Source: an uncultured Verrucomicrobiae bacterium
GTDB taxonomy: Bacteria; Verrucomicrobiota; Verrucomicrobiia; Chthoniobacterales; UBA10450
DNA length: 64,000 bases
Direction: 5' to 3'
Assembly: GCA_963834385.1 (NCBI GenBank)
Contig: CAWIBO010000001.1
Span: 1 to 64,000 of the forward strand
Made by a program: the position numbers and the translations under genes. Shown here in pieces: positions 1 to 11,719 of the stretch (the first letter of the stretch is position 1; the number at the start of each line of letters is the position of its first letter). A model generated the notes under the pieces. The model did not search any database, was not told the DNA's origin, and saw only the letters and a list, made by a program, of their open reading frames with translations.

Positions 1-180
1 TTGCTGATAGCGCAGGTTCTGATCGCACGTGAGGAAGAGATCGAACTGCGGCTCGGCGAGCGCGAGTAGCTCGCCGTTTTTGATCTGGTTCCACTGCAAC
101 TGCTGTGGTGTGCGGCAATCGTGGGCGGCCAGCTCGCGTGCAAGCGGCCAAGGCACGCAGGCGTCGAACAGGATTCTCAC
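1..180 (-). CDS. PIN-like toxin (DUF5615/VapC45-like), 3'-partial at window edge
   Basis: Not in ORF track. Manual translation from GTG at 180: MRILFDACVPWPLARELAAHDCRTPQQLQWNQIKNGELLALAEPQFDLFLTCDQNLRYQQ, with PIN-like ILFD and LT.D.NL motifs. GTGA overlap with the DUF433 stop. Confidence 0.8.
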   Translation of the reverse strand, partial: MRILFDACVPWPLARELAAHDCRTPQQLQWNQIKNGELLALAEPQFDLFLTCDQNLRYQQ

Positions 181-392
181 GCAGCGGCGTCGATGATGGC
201 TTGCTGCGAATGCTCGAGCATCTGAATAGCCATTTCGCGCGTCACTGTCGGGAAGCATTCGAGGAATTCCTCGAGCGCGTAGTCGTCTTCGAGGTAATCG
301 AATAACGTCTTCACCGGCACCCGCGTGCCTGTAAATACGGGGGTGCCGCCAAGGACGTCGGGGTCGACGGTGATGAGTTGGTTTCCGTTCAT
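177..392 (-). CDS. DUF433 family antitoxin
   Basis: ITVDPDVLGGTPVFTGTRVPV motif; translationally coupled to the PIN toxin. Confidence 0.85.
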   Translation of the reverse strand: MNGNQLITVDPDVLGGTPVFTGTRVPVKTLFDYLEDDYALEEFLECFPTVTREMAIQMLEHSQQAIIDAAA

Positions 393-397
393 TTCAG

Positions 398-592
398 CTA
401 CAGGTTTGCCCACGCGGCATCCTCTTCGGGCGAATTCCAGCCGCGCGCGAGAACGGATTCGCTCAACGCGACACCGTTGAACCCGTCTTCTTTTTCGCTC
501 TTCTTCAAACGCACTGCGTACTCGTAGACCTTGCGCTGCAACGGCTCGGGGAGAGCGTCGATCTCTCGCTCGATCAGTTCACGAGTGCTCAT
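398..592 (-). CDS. small DUF2281-like putative antitoxin
   Basis: MSTRELIEREIDALPEPLQRKVYEY...SESVLARGWNSPEEDAAWANL. Confidence 0.6.
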   Translation of the reverse strand: MSTRELIEREIDALPEPLQRKVYEYAVRLKKSEKEDGFNGVALSESVLARGWNSPEEDAAWANL

Positions 593-738
593 GAGAAAGC
601 ACTGTAATTGAAAAGCTTGCGGTTGAAAAGTTCGTTTCGGCAAGCAGCCGAAAGTCCGAAGCCGGACTGGCGCTGCAGGCTGGCAGCGTGTGCTCCCCAG
701 ACAGCGATCACACCTTCGCGCAAAGCTCGGCCCCTTTC

Positions 739-945
739 TCAAATCTGCTCGCGCACGCGCGCCGCCGAGACACCTTTGCCAGCATCTAGCTCGGCCGCGG
801 CTTTATCGAGACGGGCGAGCAACGCCGCTTCTTCAGCTTCGGACATGATCGGCTCTTCTTGAGACTGCAGCCATGCGGCGAGAGCAGTTTTCTGATTCGC
901 CGGGAGTTTTTCGATTGCCTCCTGAATCTCGGTGATCGTGCTCAT
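739..945 (-). CDS. addiction-module-type putative antitoxin, no adjacent toxin
   Basis: MSTITEIQEAIEKLP...ELDAGKGVSA; similar to 4347..4577. Confidence 0.6.
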   Translation of the reverse strand: MSTITEIQEAIEKLPANQKTALAAWLQSQEEPIMSEAEEAALLARLDKAAAELDAGKGVSAARVREQI

Positions 946-1023
946 ACGTTCGGTCGTGATCGTATCATCCAAAGTTGGTGATGGCGAGGCTCCATTACCA
1001 GCCGCGAGGCGCGCGCGCTTCCC

Positions 1024-2231
<1,208 letters not shown>

Positions 2232-2232
2232 C

Positions 2233-2292
2233 AGATTTGATCGCTCCGCTGCACGAGCAATCTACTAGGGGAACTACCTGCCCAAGTCGAGG
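2233..2292. repeat. 60-bp imperfect direct repeat, copy 1 (directly upstream of thiolase start)
   Basis: 48/60 identical, ungapped, to 3213..3272 by manual alignment. Confidence 0.75.
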
Positions 2293-2470
2293 CTGAAGCT
2301 GATTGTTCGCTGCGATCAACAGGATCGCGAAGCTCGTCGGATTGGCGGACGGGGAAGAATGAGGGAAGGCGTGACCCGTAAACGCTGTCCCGCAGGTGCC
2401 GGACGAGGCCGGCTTTCAAAGCCCGGCTATCTGTCTCCCCCTTCCCAGCCACAAAGCGTTGACTATGAGT

Positions 2471-2488
2471 CATACTTTGCAAAGTATG
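2471..2488. promoter_or_regulatory. perfect 18-bp palindrome CATACTTTGCAAAGTATG, putative operator
   Basis: Ends 5 bp before the wHTH ATG; second copy at 3075..3092. Confidence 0.65.
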
Positions 2489-2493
2489 CGGTT

Positions 2494-3063
2494 ATGCATT
2501 CGCCTGTGTCTGCGATTCTTCAGCCCACGCTTTGGCGCACCTGTCGTGTCTTGGCCAACCGTAAACGCCTCCAAATCCTGGCGCGATTGATCCGGCAACC
2601 CAATCAAACAGTCTCGGCGTTGGCGCGGGAGATGAAGCTGTCGATGCCTGCCGCCAGTCAATACCTGCGCGCATTGGAGGCGCGCGGGTTGTTGACTTGC
2701 CGGCGGGTGGGGCTTCGGGTCGAATACCGTCCAACGGCCGCCGCTACCGGAGTCGCTGGCGGCGAAATCCTCACCGCCCTCCGGTTCGCGTTTCGTGGTG
2801 GAGCGCAGCCGACTGAAGCGCTCTTTAAACTCGCCACGGCCTTTACCCACCCGCGGCGGGTGGAAGTGTTTCGTGCCGTAAAGAATGGCGCGGATTCCTT
2901 TGCGAAAATCCAGGCGGCCACCCAGATCTCGGCGCAAGCGCTCTCCCGCCATCTCGCCAAACTGGAGAAGAGAGGCTTTGTCAGGAATAACGCCGAGAAA
3001 TATGTGGTGACGAGCCAGAAGCATCCATTCCCGCGTACGTTAGCGCGCCTTGCCTGCCAATAA
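2494..3063 (+). CDS. tandem winged-HTH (ArsR-like) transcriptional regulator
   Basis: Two HTH-like repeats: LANRKRLQIL...SQYLRALEARGLL and FTHPRRVEVF...LSRHLAKLEKRGFV. Confidence 0.8.
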   Translation: MHSPVSAILQPTLWRTCRVLANRKRLQILARLIRQPNQTVSALAREMKLSMPAASQYLRALEARGLLTCRRVGLRVEYRPTAAATGVAGGEILTALRFAFRGGAQPTEALFKLATAFTHPRRVEVFRAVKNGADSFAKIQAATQISAQALSRHLAKLEKRGFVRNNAEKYVVTSQKHPFPRTLARLACQ

Positions 3064-3074
3064 CCTGGTGCTGT

Positions 3075-3092
3075 CATACTTTGCGAAGTATG
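3075..3092. promoter_or_regulatory. second copy of 18-bp palindrome (CATACTTTGCGAAGTATG)
   Basis: One mismatch to 2471..2488; 11 bp after the regulator stop. Confidence 0.6.
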
Positions 3093-3212
3093 GAGACGAT
3101 TCCCGCAACGGTGGTTTGGTTTTGCCAAACCGCAGCAGCGGCAGAGCCGCCTGCGATTAGCGCGGCTCTCCAGAGGGGGGTGCCGCTCCGTTCCGATCCA
3201 GGATCGGCCTCG

Positions 3213-3272
3213 AGATTTGATCGCGTCGCTCCAGGGGCAGTGCACTTGGGCAACTAGCTGCCCAAGTCTAGG
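3213..3272. repeat. 60-bp imperfect direct repeat, copy 2
   Basis: Contains perfect inverted repeat ACTTGGGCA-N6-TGCCCAAGT. Confidence 0.75.
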
Positions 3273-3302
3273 AGACTGTTGAAACCTCCGGGAAGGGTCT
3301 TA

Positions 3303-3382
3303 TCCACAGATTTCGCCGATTTCCACAGAGAGGCCCAACAGTCAGTTCCCAGAAATCTGTGTTCATCTGTGAAATCTGTGGA
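3303..3382. repeat. CCACAGAT-type intergenic inverted repeat element
   Basis: 12-bp arms TCCACAGATTTC / GAAATCTGTGGA; related sequences near 18880-18910 and 57391-57466. Confidence 0.6.
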
Positions 3383-3505
3383 CTATTTCAACGGTCTCCC
3401 AGGGGCGAAACTCAAGGCGGAAGATCCCCGCGCTGCCGCCGCGCGCCGTTAAGAAACTGCCCTTCGAGTTTGCGGCTCGAAGGGCAGCATGATTGCAGAA
3501 AGACT

Positions 3506-3973
3506 CTACTCTTTCGTATAGGCGGCTTTGCTCGTCATCTTCTTCCCGTCCGCGCCCGTCATATGGACAGTCACGACCCGCGTCTTGCCATCCGCGGCGA
3601 CGGTGATGTCGCCGGTCGCGACGACTTTACCATCCTTGGTGGACTTCAGTTCGTTCGTTCGATCATCCTTCTTCGTGTAAGCGATCTGATCGTATGTCTC
3701 GCTTCCTTCGACTGCGTAAGGCTTGCCGTCGATCTTGCCGACCCAGGTGGTATTGACGGCTTTGCCATCCTTGTTGGTGCCTTTGGTCGTGATCTTCCAC
3801 TTGTCGCCCTCGTCCGTATAAGTCACGGTGGTGTTCTTTGCCATCCCGGCCGGGATATCGGACTTGGCTTCGTCCAACGTCCAGGTGCCCATGTGAGGGC
3901 TATCAGCGGCAAATCCGGCCGCCGTTCCGAGGACCCACAGACTGACTACTCCTGCCATTGCTAGTTTGTTCAT
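3506..3973 (-). CDS. secreted hypothetical beta-rich (lipocalin-like) protein
   Basis: Signal peptide MNKLAMAGVVSLWVLGTAAGFA, GTWTLDEAKS motif. Confidence 0.7.
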   Translation of the reverse strand: MNKLAMAGVVSLWVLGTAAGFAADSPHMGTWTLDEAKSDIPAGMAKNTTVTYTDEGDKWKITTKGTNKDGKAVNTTWVGKIDGKPYAVEGSETYDQIAYTKKDDRTNELKSTKDGKVVATGDITVAADGKTRVVTVHMTGADGKKMTSKAAYTKE

Positions 3974-4346
3974 GGGAGCGATGGCATCGTGTATCCCGCT
4001 GGCTGTCAATATTTTACGCCAAAGACGTTCGCGGAATGGGAGACGCTGTTCGTCTCGATCCCTCGCGGCGAGCGCGCCGCGGACACTGACGGCGACGGGG
4101 GCGTCGCCGCTACTCTGTGGCGCTCCCCGCTTCGCTGCAGACGACGTGAAGGAAATCAAAGTCGAGTACGAGCGAGAGGGGTCAGAGGCAAAGCGGGCCG
4201 CGACCAGCACCGCGCCACCGCAGGCCGGCCTGGCGTGAGTGTTTCGCGTTTGCCGAACACCACATCGGAAAACGCCGACGAGACCGCCTGAGACGAAGCC
4301 TGTTCCGTGGTTGCTGCAATCGATGGTGGTGCAGTAGAGTAAGTTT

Positions 4347-4577
4347 GTGAGCACGGTTCAGGAAATCGAAGCGGCACTTGAGCGGTTGCCAGCCAAGGAG
4401 CGTGAAGCGTTCGAGTCCCGCCTCATAGCGCGGCGATGCGGGTTTGATGCACTCGGGAGCGAGGAATATCGCGAGCTCATGGCTTCGCTCGACGAGGCCG
4501 AGCAGGAAGTTGATGCCGGACGCGGCGTGAGCGCGGATAGCCTCCGACAAAAACTTGCTACGTGGGCTGGGAAGTAG
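4347..4577 (+). CDS. addiction-module-type antitoxin
   Basis: MSTVQEIEAALERLP...EVDAGRGVSA; overlaps the start of a ParE-like fragment. Confidence 0.65.
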   Translation: MSTVQEIEAALERLPAKEREAFESRLIARRCGFDALGSEEYRELMASLDEAEQEVDAGRGVSADSLRQKLATWAGK

Positions 4578-4732
4578 TCTTTGCTCCGCGCAGCGAGGGC
4601 GATCTTGCGAAAATCGTCCGTCACATTGCTAACGACGATCCGGCAGCGGCTATTCGCTTCGGCGAGACGCTAATCAACGTCAGGCCGACTTGTGCACCGC
4701 GTCCTGTTTGCGCGGATCGGTCAACTCGATGA
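4562..4732 (+). pseudogene. truncated RelE/ParE-family toxin
   Basis: Manual translation from GTG 4562: MGWEVVFAPRSEGDLAKIVRHIANDDPAAAIRFGETLIN (ParE-like N-terminus). Similarity ends at ~4679, where the convergent gene ends. Confidence 0.65.
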
Positions 4733-6087
4733 TGACGCTGACCGATTTTTGGTTGAAACCTTTGAAGCCGCCTTTGCGTTGCAGGTTTTCCAGGTGACTT
4801 CCGATCGCTCCTTCGCGGCTGAACTTCTCCGCTTGCTCGTCGGTGAGCAGATTTCTGCTCCTCAGCCGGGTGATTCGTTCCGGTCGCACGTTCCAGTGCT
4901 CGCCCTGGGTGAAAGCCTGCTTGAGGAAAGGAAAATCGGAAAACGGCGCCATCGTCTTGATATGGGCCGCGGCGAGTTGCTCGCGCAGGAGGGCGTGATC
5001 AAAACGGCACTCCAGGTGATGCATGCCCGCATCGAGGAAACTCTCGCCATGCAACCCAACCCAGAGCCCGATCGTCCGCAGCTTTGTCTCCTCTGGCGGC
5101 AGAGGTCTGGTGGAGAAATCAATCTCGGTTTCCTCAGCGTCAAGATCGACATCGTTGAAGACCGTGATGCCTTCGATCGGCTGCTCGGTGATCTGCGCGC
5201 CCCACCCGGCCTGCGCCCCGGCGTAGTAACGCTCCCGCCGATGGAAGCCGAGCATGTCCCACGCTTTCATGAGATCGACGAAATGTTTCCGCGACGAGCG
5301 GAAGGTGTGGTGATCGTGATTCGCCCAGCCCAGGCCCAGCGAATCCTGCCGCCGCTTCTGCTCGATCCCGGCGCGATTGCGTTTCTGCCAATAACTTCTT
5401 TCTTCCTCAAAAACGAGATGACAGGCGAGATCGCGGCCGACGAGATCGATCACCTGTTGTAAACGATCGAGCGAGTAGGCGTAACCCTTGGCGTCGCCAT
5501 CCCAGCGCCGGCGGCGCGTCTGCCAGAGCTCGCGCGCGGTCAGATACTTCTTCAAATCGGGACGCTGCGAAATGTAGCCGCGATATCCGCGCCGTTCGAT
5601 CGCGTAGAAGGCGGCCTCGTTTTCCTCAAAGGCGAGCACCTTGCGGAAACGCGAGAACGGTTCGCCTTCGATCTCGTTCGTGATCCCATGGATCGCGACA
5701 AACTCGGCCACAAACTCCGGACGAATCGCGACCGCAGCCGCGTGCTGCAAATCTTTCGGCGCGAGCAACACCCGCGGCAGCATCGCCTCGGGATGCCAGA
5801 GCGCCTTCAGCCCGCTGGCGTTTTCGCCCAACGGATCGTCCGTGAAACCAGCCTCGCGCAAAGCCGCTTCATCCGAGGGCGAAAGGACGAGGTGGTCGAC
5901 CCAGTCAATGAAAATGGTGCCGGTCTCGTCGCGCATCCGCTCGGAAAGAATGCGCGCGAAGCTGTTCTGTTGCGAGAAAGGCGCCGATGCGATCCAGCAA
6001 AAGATTTTCGGCCTCGTAGCAGAGCGGCCAGTTAAATTGATTCTCCGCCTCGGCGGGCGCGTTCGGGGAGAGCGTGCCGGTCGTCAT
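4680..6087 (-). CDS. VOC-fold protein, putative DUF1338/HglS-like 2-oxoadipate dioxygenase-decarboxylase; +1 frameshift ~5971
   Basis: DHHTFRS, GMHHLE and HLENLQR...FKGF motifs suggest a His/His/Glu metal site; near lat and ALDH7. The CDS is solid; the function is inferred. Confidence 0.55.
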
Positions 6088-6117
6088 GGCGAGACGATAT
6101 TCGCAAACCCGGGCGCT

Positions 6118-6231
6118 GTCATCCCGAGCCGCGCAGACGGCGAGGGACCTCTCGATTTACCAAGGGACGCCCGTCTGCCAGAGGCAACGTCGCACGTCTC
6201 TCGTGAGGTCCTTCGCTTCGCTCAGGATGAC
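6118..6231. repeat. REP-like inverted-arm element (GTCATCCCGAGC...GCTCAGGATGAC)
   Basis: Left arm 6118..6151 is the exact reverse complement of 18767..18800. Confidence 0.8.
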
Positions 6232-6287
6232 CAACGGCTCGCTCGCGCGGGTTTGCCGGAAAGTTCGTTCGGGCGGGGACGCCCGAA

Positions 6288-6319
6288 CCGGCGGGCAGGA
6301 TGCCCACCCTACCCGGGAC
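6288..6319. repeat. GTAG-type REP-like sequence
   Basis: 30/32 identical to 10142..10173. Confidence 0.7.
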
Positions 6320-6341
6320 CGAAAGGCGCGCACCCTCCAAC

Positions 6342-8354
6342 TTACTGGTAGATCGTTTTCGGTTCCGGGCCTTCCACAATCGCGCGAAAACGCGGGTGCT
6401 GCCGGAGCGGATCCCAAAGGGGATCCAGCCGCAGGGTGGCCTGGGTTAAGGGAAAAGCGCCGTAAGGCGTGACCAGCAAGCGCTCGATCCGCGCAAGGGC
6501 ACGCTCCGTCTCTCCGACCTGCGCCTCCAGCCCCGCAAGGTTTTCCTCGGCAAATGGACCGTAAACCGGGTCCTCGGAGGCCGGCACCATGGCCACGGCT
6601 TTCTCCCCGCCGCGCAAGGCTTCTTCCCGGTTGCCAAGGCCGGCTTCGCAATAGGCCAGTTGCATGACCAGGAACTGGTTCCGCGGCTGTTCCCGGCGCA
6701 GAATCTCGAGCCGCTCCCGTCCTTTGGCGTAGGCTTCGCGCGCGCCCTTCTCGTTGCCCTGAAGCGAGCGCAGCCATCCGAGAGTTTGCCAGCCGACGCC
6801 ACCATCTATCGGCGGTTTCCATTCTGTTGTCTGCTCGGTCAGGCGCTCCGCCTCGGCGAAACGCCGCTCAAGGGTGAGCTGGAAAATCCGCGCCCCGGCC
6901 CATTTCTTATCCTCCGCGGAGGCCACATGGCGATCGATCAGCTCCCGGGCCGCGGTCATCTTCCCCGTAAGCTGTAACGCCACAATTTGATTCTCGAGGA
7001 CGCTCTCATCCTCCGGGGCCACGGCCAGGGCCCGCTCCAGCATCTCCCAGGTCCCGGCGTAGTCGCGCAACATGGAAAATGTCCACGCCCGATCGAGCCA
7101 AAGGTGGGGGTCACGCGGACTCAGCCGAATGGCCTTCTCGAATAGAGACAGGCTCTCCTTCCACCGGCTTTGCCGCCGGGCGATGCGCGCCAGTGCCGTC
7201 AGCGCTTCGCTGCTGCTTGGGACTTGTTCGTGCAGCTTTTCAAAGAGGAGACGGGCGCCGCCGAAATCCCTTTCGATGTGATAGCGCACATAGGCATTGG
7301 CGAGAAGGGTCTCGGCGGAGTCCGGATCAAGCCGTGTGGCCCTCTCCGCGGCGGCGCGGGCCGCCTCCTCCCGGGCGGCGGTGACATCAATGCGATTAAA
7401 GACCAGCGCGGCATTAACCTGGGAAAGCGCGGCCCAGGCCTTGGCAAAGTTTGGGTCAAGGCGAACCGCCTCGGCGTAGGTGTCAGCAGCCTTTTTCATC
7501 ACCTCACCTTCCTGCCCAGGTCTCGCATCGAGATCGAGACCACGCAGGTAGGCGTCGTAGGCGGCTAGTTTGTCCGTGGGCCGGTCCGCCACCGCTTTCT
7601 CCTCGCGACCACTGAGTCTGGCCTCCAGCCGGCGGGCAATGGCGGTGGCCACTTCGCTCTGGACGGCAAAAATATCGGTCAGGTTGCGATCGTAGAGTTC
7701 CGCCCAGAGATGCTCGTCGTTCCGGGCATCGATCAACTGCACATTAATCCGGACCCGTTCGCCCACCTTCTGCACGCTGCCCTCAACCAGGTGCGCCACG
7801 CCGAGTTCACGCCCGATCTCGGCCACGTTCCCGGTCTTGACCCGGTAGCGCTCGGTCGAGCTGCGGGAAATAACCTTGAGCGCGCCAATCTTGGCCAGGC
7901 GCGTGATGATCTCATCCTGCATGCCGTCGGCAAAGTAGGCGTTGGCTTTGTCCTCGCTCAGGTTCTCGAAGGGAAGGACGGCCAGCGATCGGTCCGCCGA
8001 GCGGGTTCGTTTGTCCGGTGCGGTGTAACGGCCGGCAAAAAAGAGTGCCACGGACAGAAGCGTCCCCAGGACGACGATATAAATCCAGGCCCGACCGCCA
8101 CGCCGCGACGGTCGCGCTTCCTCTGTCCCGGTTCGCTTCCATCCGTCCGGCGTCAGATCGAATACCCATGCCATGACCAGCGCGACCGGAAAACCAAGGC
8201 AAAGCAGCAGGATGACCGCGCGGACAACCCAGTTCGGAATCTCGAAGAAGGGAAAGGTCTGCGTGGCCACCTGGATCAGGAGCCACGCGACCACGACATA
8301 AGCGGCCCCGACTTTGTAAACGCTCCGTCGCTTCAACTCGGCGAAGAAATTCAT
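6342..8354 (-). CDS. membrane-anchored TolB-N-like/TPR protein
   Basis: MNFFAELKRRSVYK start, 3 TM segments, SLAVLPFENLS...YFADGMQDEI...LKVISR motif, TPR repeats. Confidence 0.85.
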   Translation of the reverse strand: MNFFAELKRRSVYKVGAAYVVVAWLLIQVATQTFPFFEIPNWVVRAVILLLCLGFPVALVMAWVFDLTPDGWKRTGTEEARPSRRGGRAWIYIVVLGTLLSVALFFAGRYTAPDKRTRSADRSLAVLPFENLSEDKANAYFADGMQDEIITRLAKIGALKVISRSSTERYRVKTGNVAEIGRELGVAHLVEGSVQKVGERVRINVQLIDARNDEHLWAELYDRNLTDIFAVQSEVATAIARRLEARLSGREEKAVADRPTDKLAAYDAYLRGLDLDARPGQEGEVMKKAADTYAEAVRLDPNFAKAWAALSQVNAALVFNRIDVTAAREEAARAAAERATRLDPDSAETLLANAYVRYHIERDFGGARLLFEKLHEQVPSSSEALTALARIARRQSRWKESLSLFEKAIRLSPRDPHLWLDRAWTFSMLRDYAGTWEMLERALAVAPEDESVLENQIVALQLTGKMTAARELIDRHVASAEDKKWAGARIFQLTLERRFAEAERLTEQTTEWKPPIDGGVGWQTLGWLRSLQGNEKGAREAYAKGRERLEILRREQPRNQFLVMQLAYCEAGLGNREEALRGGEKAVAMVPASEDPVYGPFAEENLAGLEAQVGETERALARIERLLVTPYGAFPLTQATLRLDPLWDPLRQHPRFRAIVEGPEPKTIYQ

Positions 8355-8491
8355 GGCAGGCTCGCTCCGGCCCCCGTGCACGAGCGCGTTGAAGCACACC
8401 TGGCCCCGCGGCCGGGGATTGATTTGGGCCAACCTGGTGCAGAGAAGAATGCGATCATCTCGAACGCCTTCGGTTGGCTTTACCTCGAACG

Positions 8492-10039
<1,548 letters not shown>

Positions 10040-10141
10040 TATTTCCCAGGCGTCTCGCCCGCCGGCGAAAACGCCTCGCTCGCGGGTTCTCGCGTCTCGC
10101 GAAAACGATCTTTAAAAGTTCGCAAAGGCGAGACGCCTTTG

Positions 10142-10173
10142 CCGGCGGGCGGGACGCCCACCCTACCCGGGAC
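10142..10173. repeat. GTAG-type REP-like sequence
   Basis: Copy of 6288..6319 in the lat-ALDH spacer. Confidence 0.7.
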
Positions 10174-10190
10174 TGCTTTTGCGCGGGTCA

Positions 10191-11585
10191 TCAGGAGAGC
10201 TTCTTGCACTCCGCCCGCACCAGCTGCATGGCCTCGTCGGCCACCTCAGGTTTCAGGTCGAGCGCCGGACGGAATCGGATGGCTTTCTCGCCCGACTTCA
10301 AAACGAGCAGGCCGCCATCGAAAAGTTTTTTCCAGAGCTGGTCCCGCATTTCCGGGCTGGGCAGATCAAAAGCGATGAAGAGTCCGCGCCCGCGCACCGC
10401 GCTGACCACCGGGCATTCCGCCGCGATCTCGTGCAGCGCCTGCACGATGTGCTCGCCCATGACCCGCGCGTTCTCGACCAGGTTCTCCGATTCAATCACC
10501 TGGAGATAATGCTTCGACCGGACCATGTCGGTGAAATTGCCGCCCCAGGTCGAGTTCAGCCGGCTGGGCAGCCGAAAGGCGTTGTCCTTGACCTCGTCGA
10601 GCCGGGGACCGCCCATGATCCCGCAGACCTGGACCTTCTTGCCAAAGGCGAGCAGGTCCGGTTTCACGTCGAAATGCTGGGCGCACCACATTTTGCCGGT
10701 GGTGCCGAGGCCGGTCTGGACCTCGTCAAAAATCAGCAGCATCTCGTTCTCGTCGCAGATCCGGCGCAGGGTCTGCAGCCATTCCCGGCGGAAATGGTTG
10801 TCGCCGCCTTCGCCCTGGATCGGCTCGATGATGATGGCGGCGATGTCGTCCCCGCGCTCCTTCACCCAGCGCATGATCTCCTCCTCCGCCTGCTTCTCGC
10901 GGACGCTGACCTCTTTCTCCCGCTCGGCTTCCGGGAGCGAAAAATCGATGCTGGGCGTGGAAACGCGCGGCCAATCGAACTTGGCAAAAAGCTCGACCTT
11001 GCGCGGGTCGGTGTTGGTCAGGCTCATGGTGTAGCCGCTCCGTCCATGGAACGCCTTGCGGAAATGCAGGATCTGCGTGCCGCGTTCCCCTTTCCCCGCC
11101 GCCATGTTCTTGCGGACTTTCCAGTCCATCGCGGCCTTGAGACAGTTCTCGATCGCGAGCGCGCCTCCCTCGATGAAAAGGTAGCGCTCCAGCGGCGCAA
11201 ACCCGGCCACGCGGGTAAAGGTCTCCACGAAATCGGCGTAAGCCTCGGAGTAAACGTCGGAGTTCGCGATCTTGGTCCGCGCCGCGCGCAGCAATTCCTT
11301 TTGCACCTCCGGCTGGTCGAAATGGGGATGGTTGAACCCGATCGGCTGGGAGCCGAAAAAGCCGTAGAAATCGATCAACTGTTTCCCCGTGGCGGCGTTG
11401 TGAATCCGCGAACCCCGGCTCTTTTCCAGGTCAAAAACAATGCGGAACCCGTCCATCAGGACATGGCGTTCCAGCTTCTTCAGCGCTTCGGTCGCGCCGC
11501 TATTTTCGTGGGTGGTTTTGTTCTCACTGACGCGGCCCTGCGCAGAGGTGCGGGCCGGTTCTGTGAGCACGGGCGTCGTACTCAT
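10191..11585 (-). CDS. lat: L-lysine 6-transaminase
   Basis: FHGRSGYTMSLTNT, EPIQGEGGD, DEVQTG, FGKK (PLP Lys), SRLNSTWGG. Confidence 0.92.
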   Translation of the reverse strand: MSTTPVLTEPARTSAQGRVSENKTTHENSGATEALKKLERHVLMDGFRIVFDLEKSRGSRIHNAATGKQLIDFYGFFGSQPIGFNHPHFDQPEVQKELLRAARTKIANSDVYSEAYADFVETFTRVAGFAPLERYLFIEGGALAIENCLKAAMDWKVRKNMAAGKGERGTQILHFRKAFHGRSGYTMSLTNTDPRKVELFAKFDWPRVSTPSIDFSLPEAEREKEVSVREKQAEEEIMRWVKERGDDIAAIIIEPIQGEGGDNHFRREWLQTLRRICDENEMLLIFDEVQTGLGTTGKMWCAQHFDVKPDLLAFGKKVQVCGIMGGPRLDEVKDNAFRLPSRLNSTWGGNFTDMVRSKHYLQVIESENLVENARVMGEHIVQALHEIAAECPVVSAVRGRGLFIAFDLPSPEMRDQLWKKLFDGGLLVLKSGEKAIRFRPALDLKPEVADEAMQLVRAECKKLS

Positions 11586-11719
11586 GGGCTGACCGTAGCT
11601 GTGACCGGTAGCCGGGTCAATCAGGGGGGCCGCCCCCGGGTTTTCAGCCTGTGATGGACCTTTCCTGATTTTAGCCTTTATTGCGCGCCTATGTTCCTCT
11701 TCCCCCGGGTGCCAGGCCG

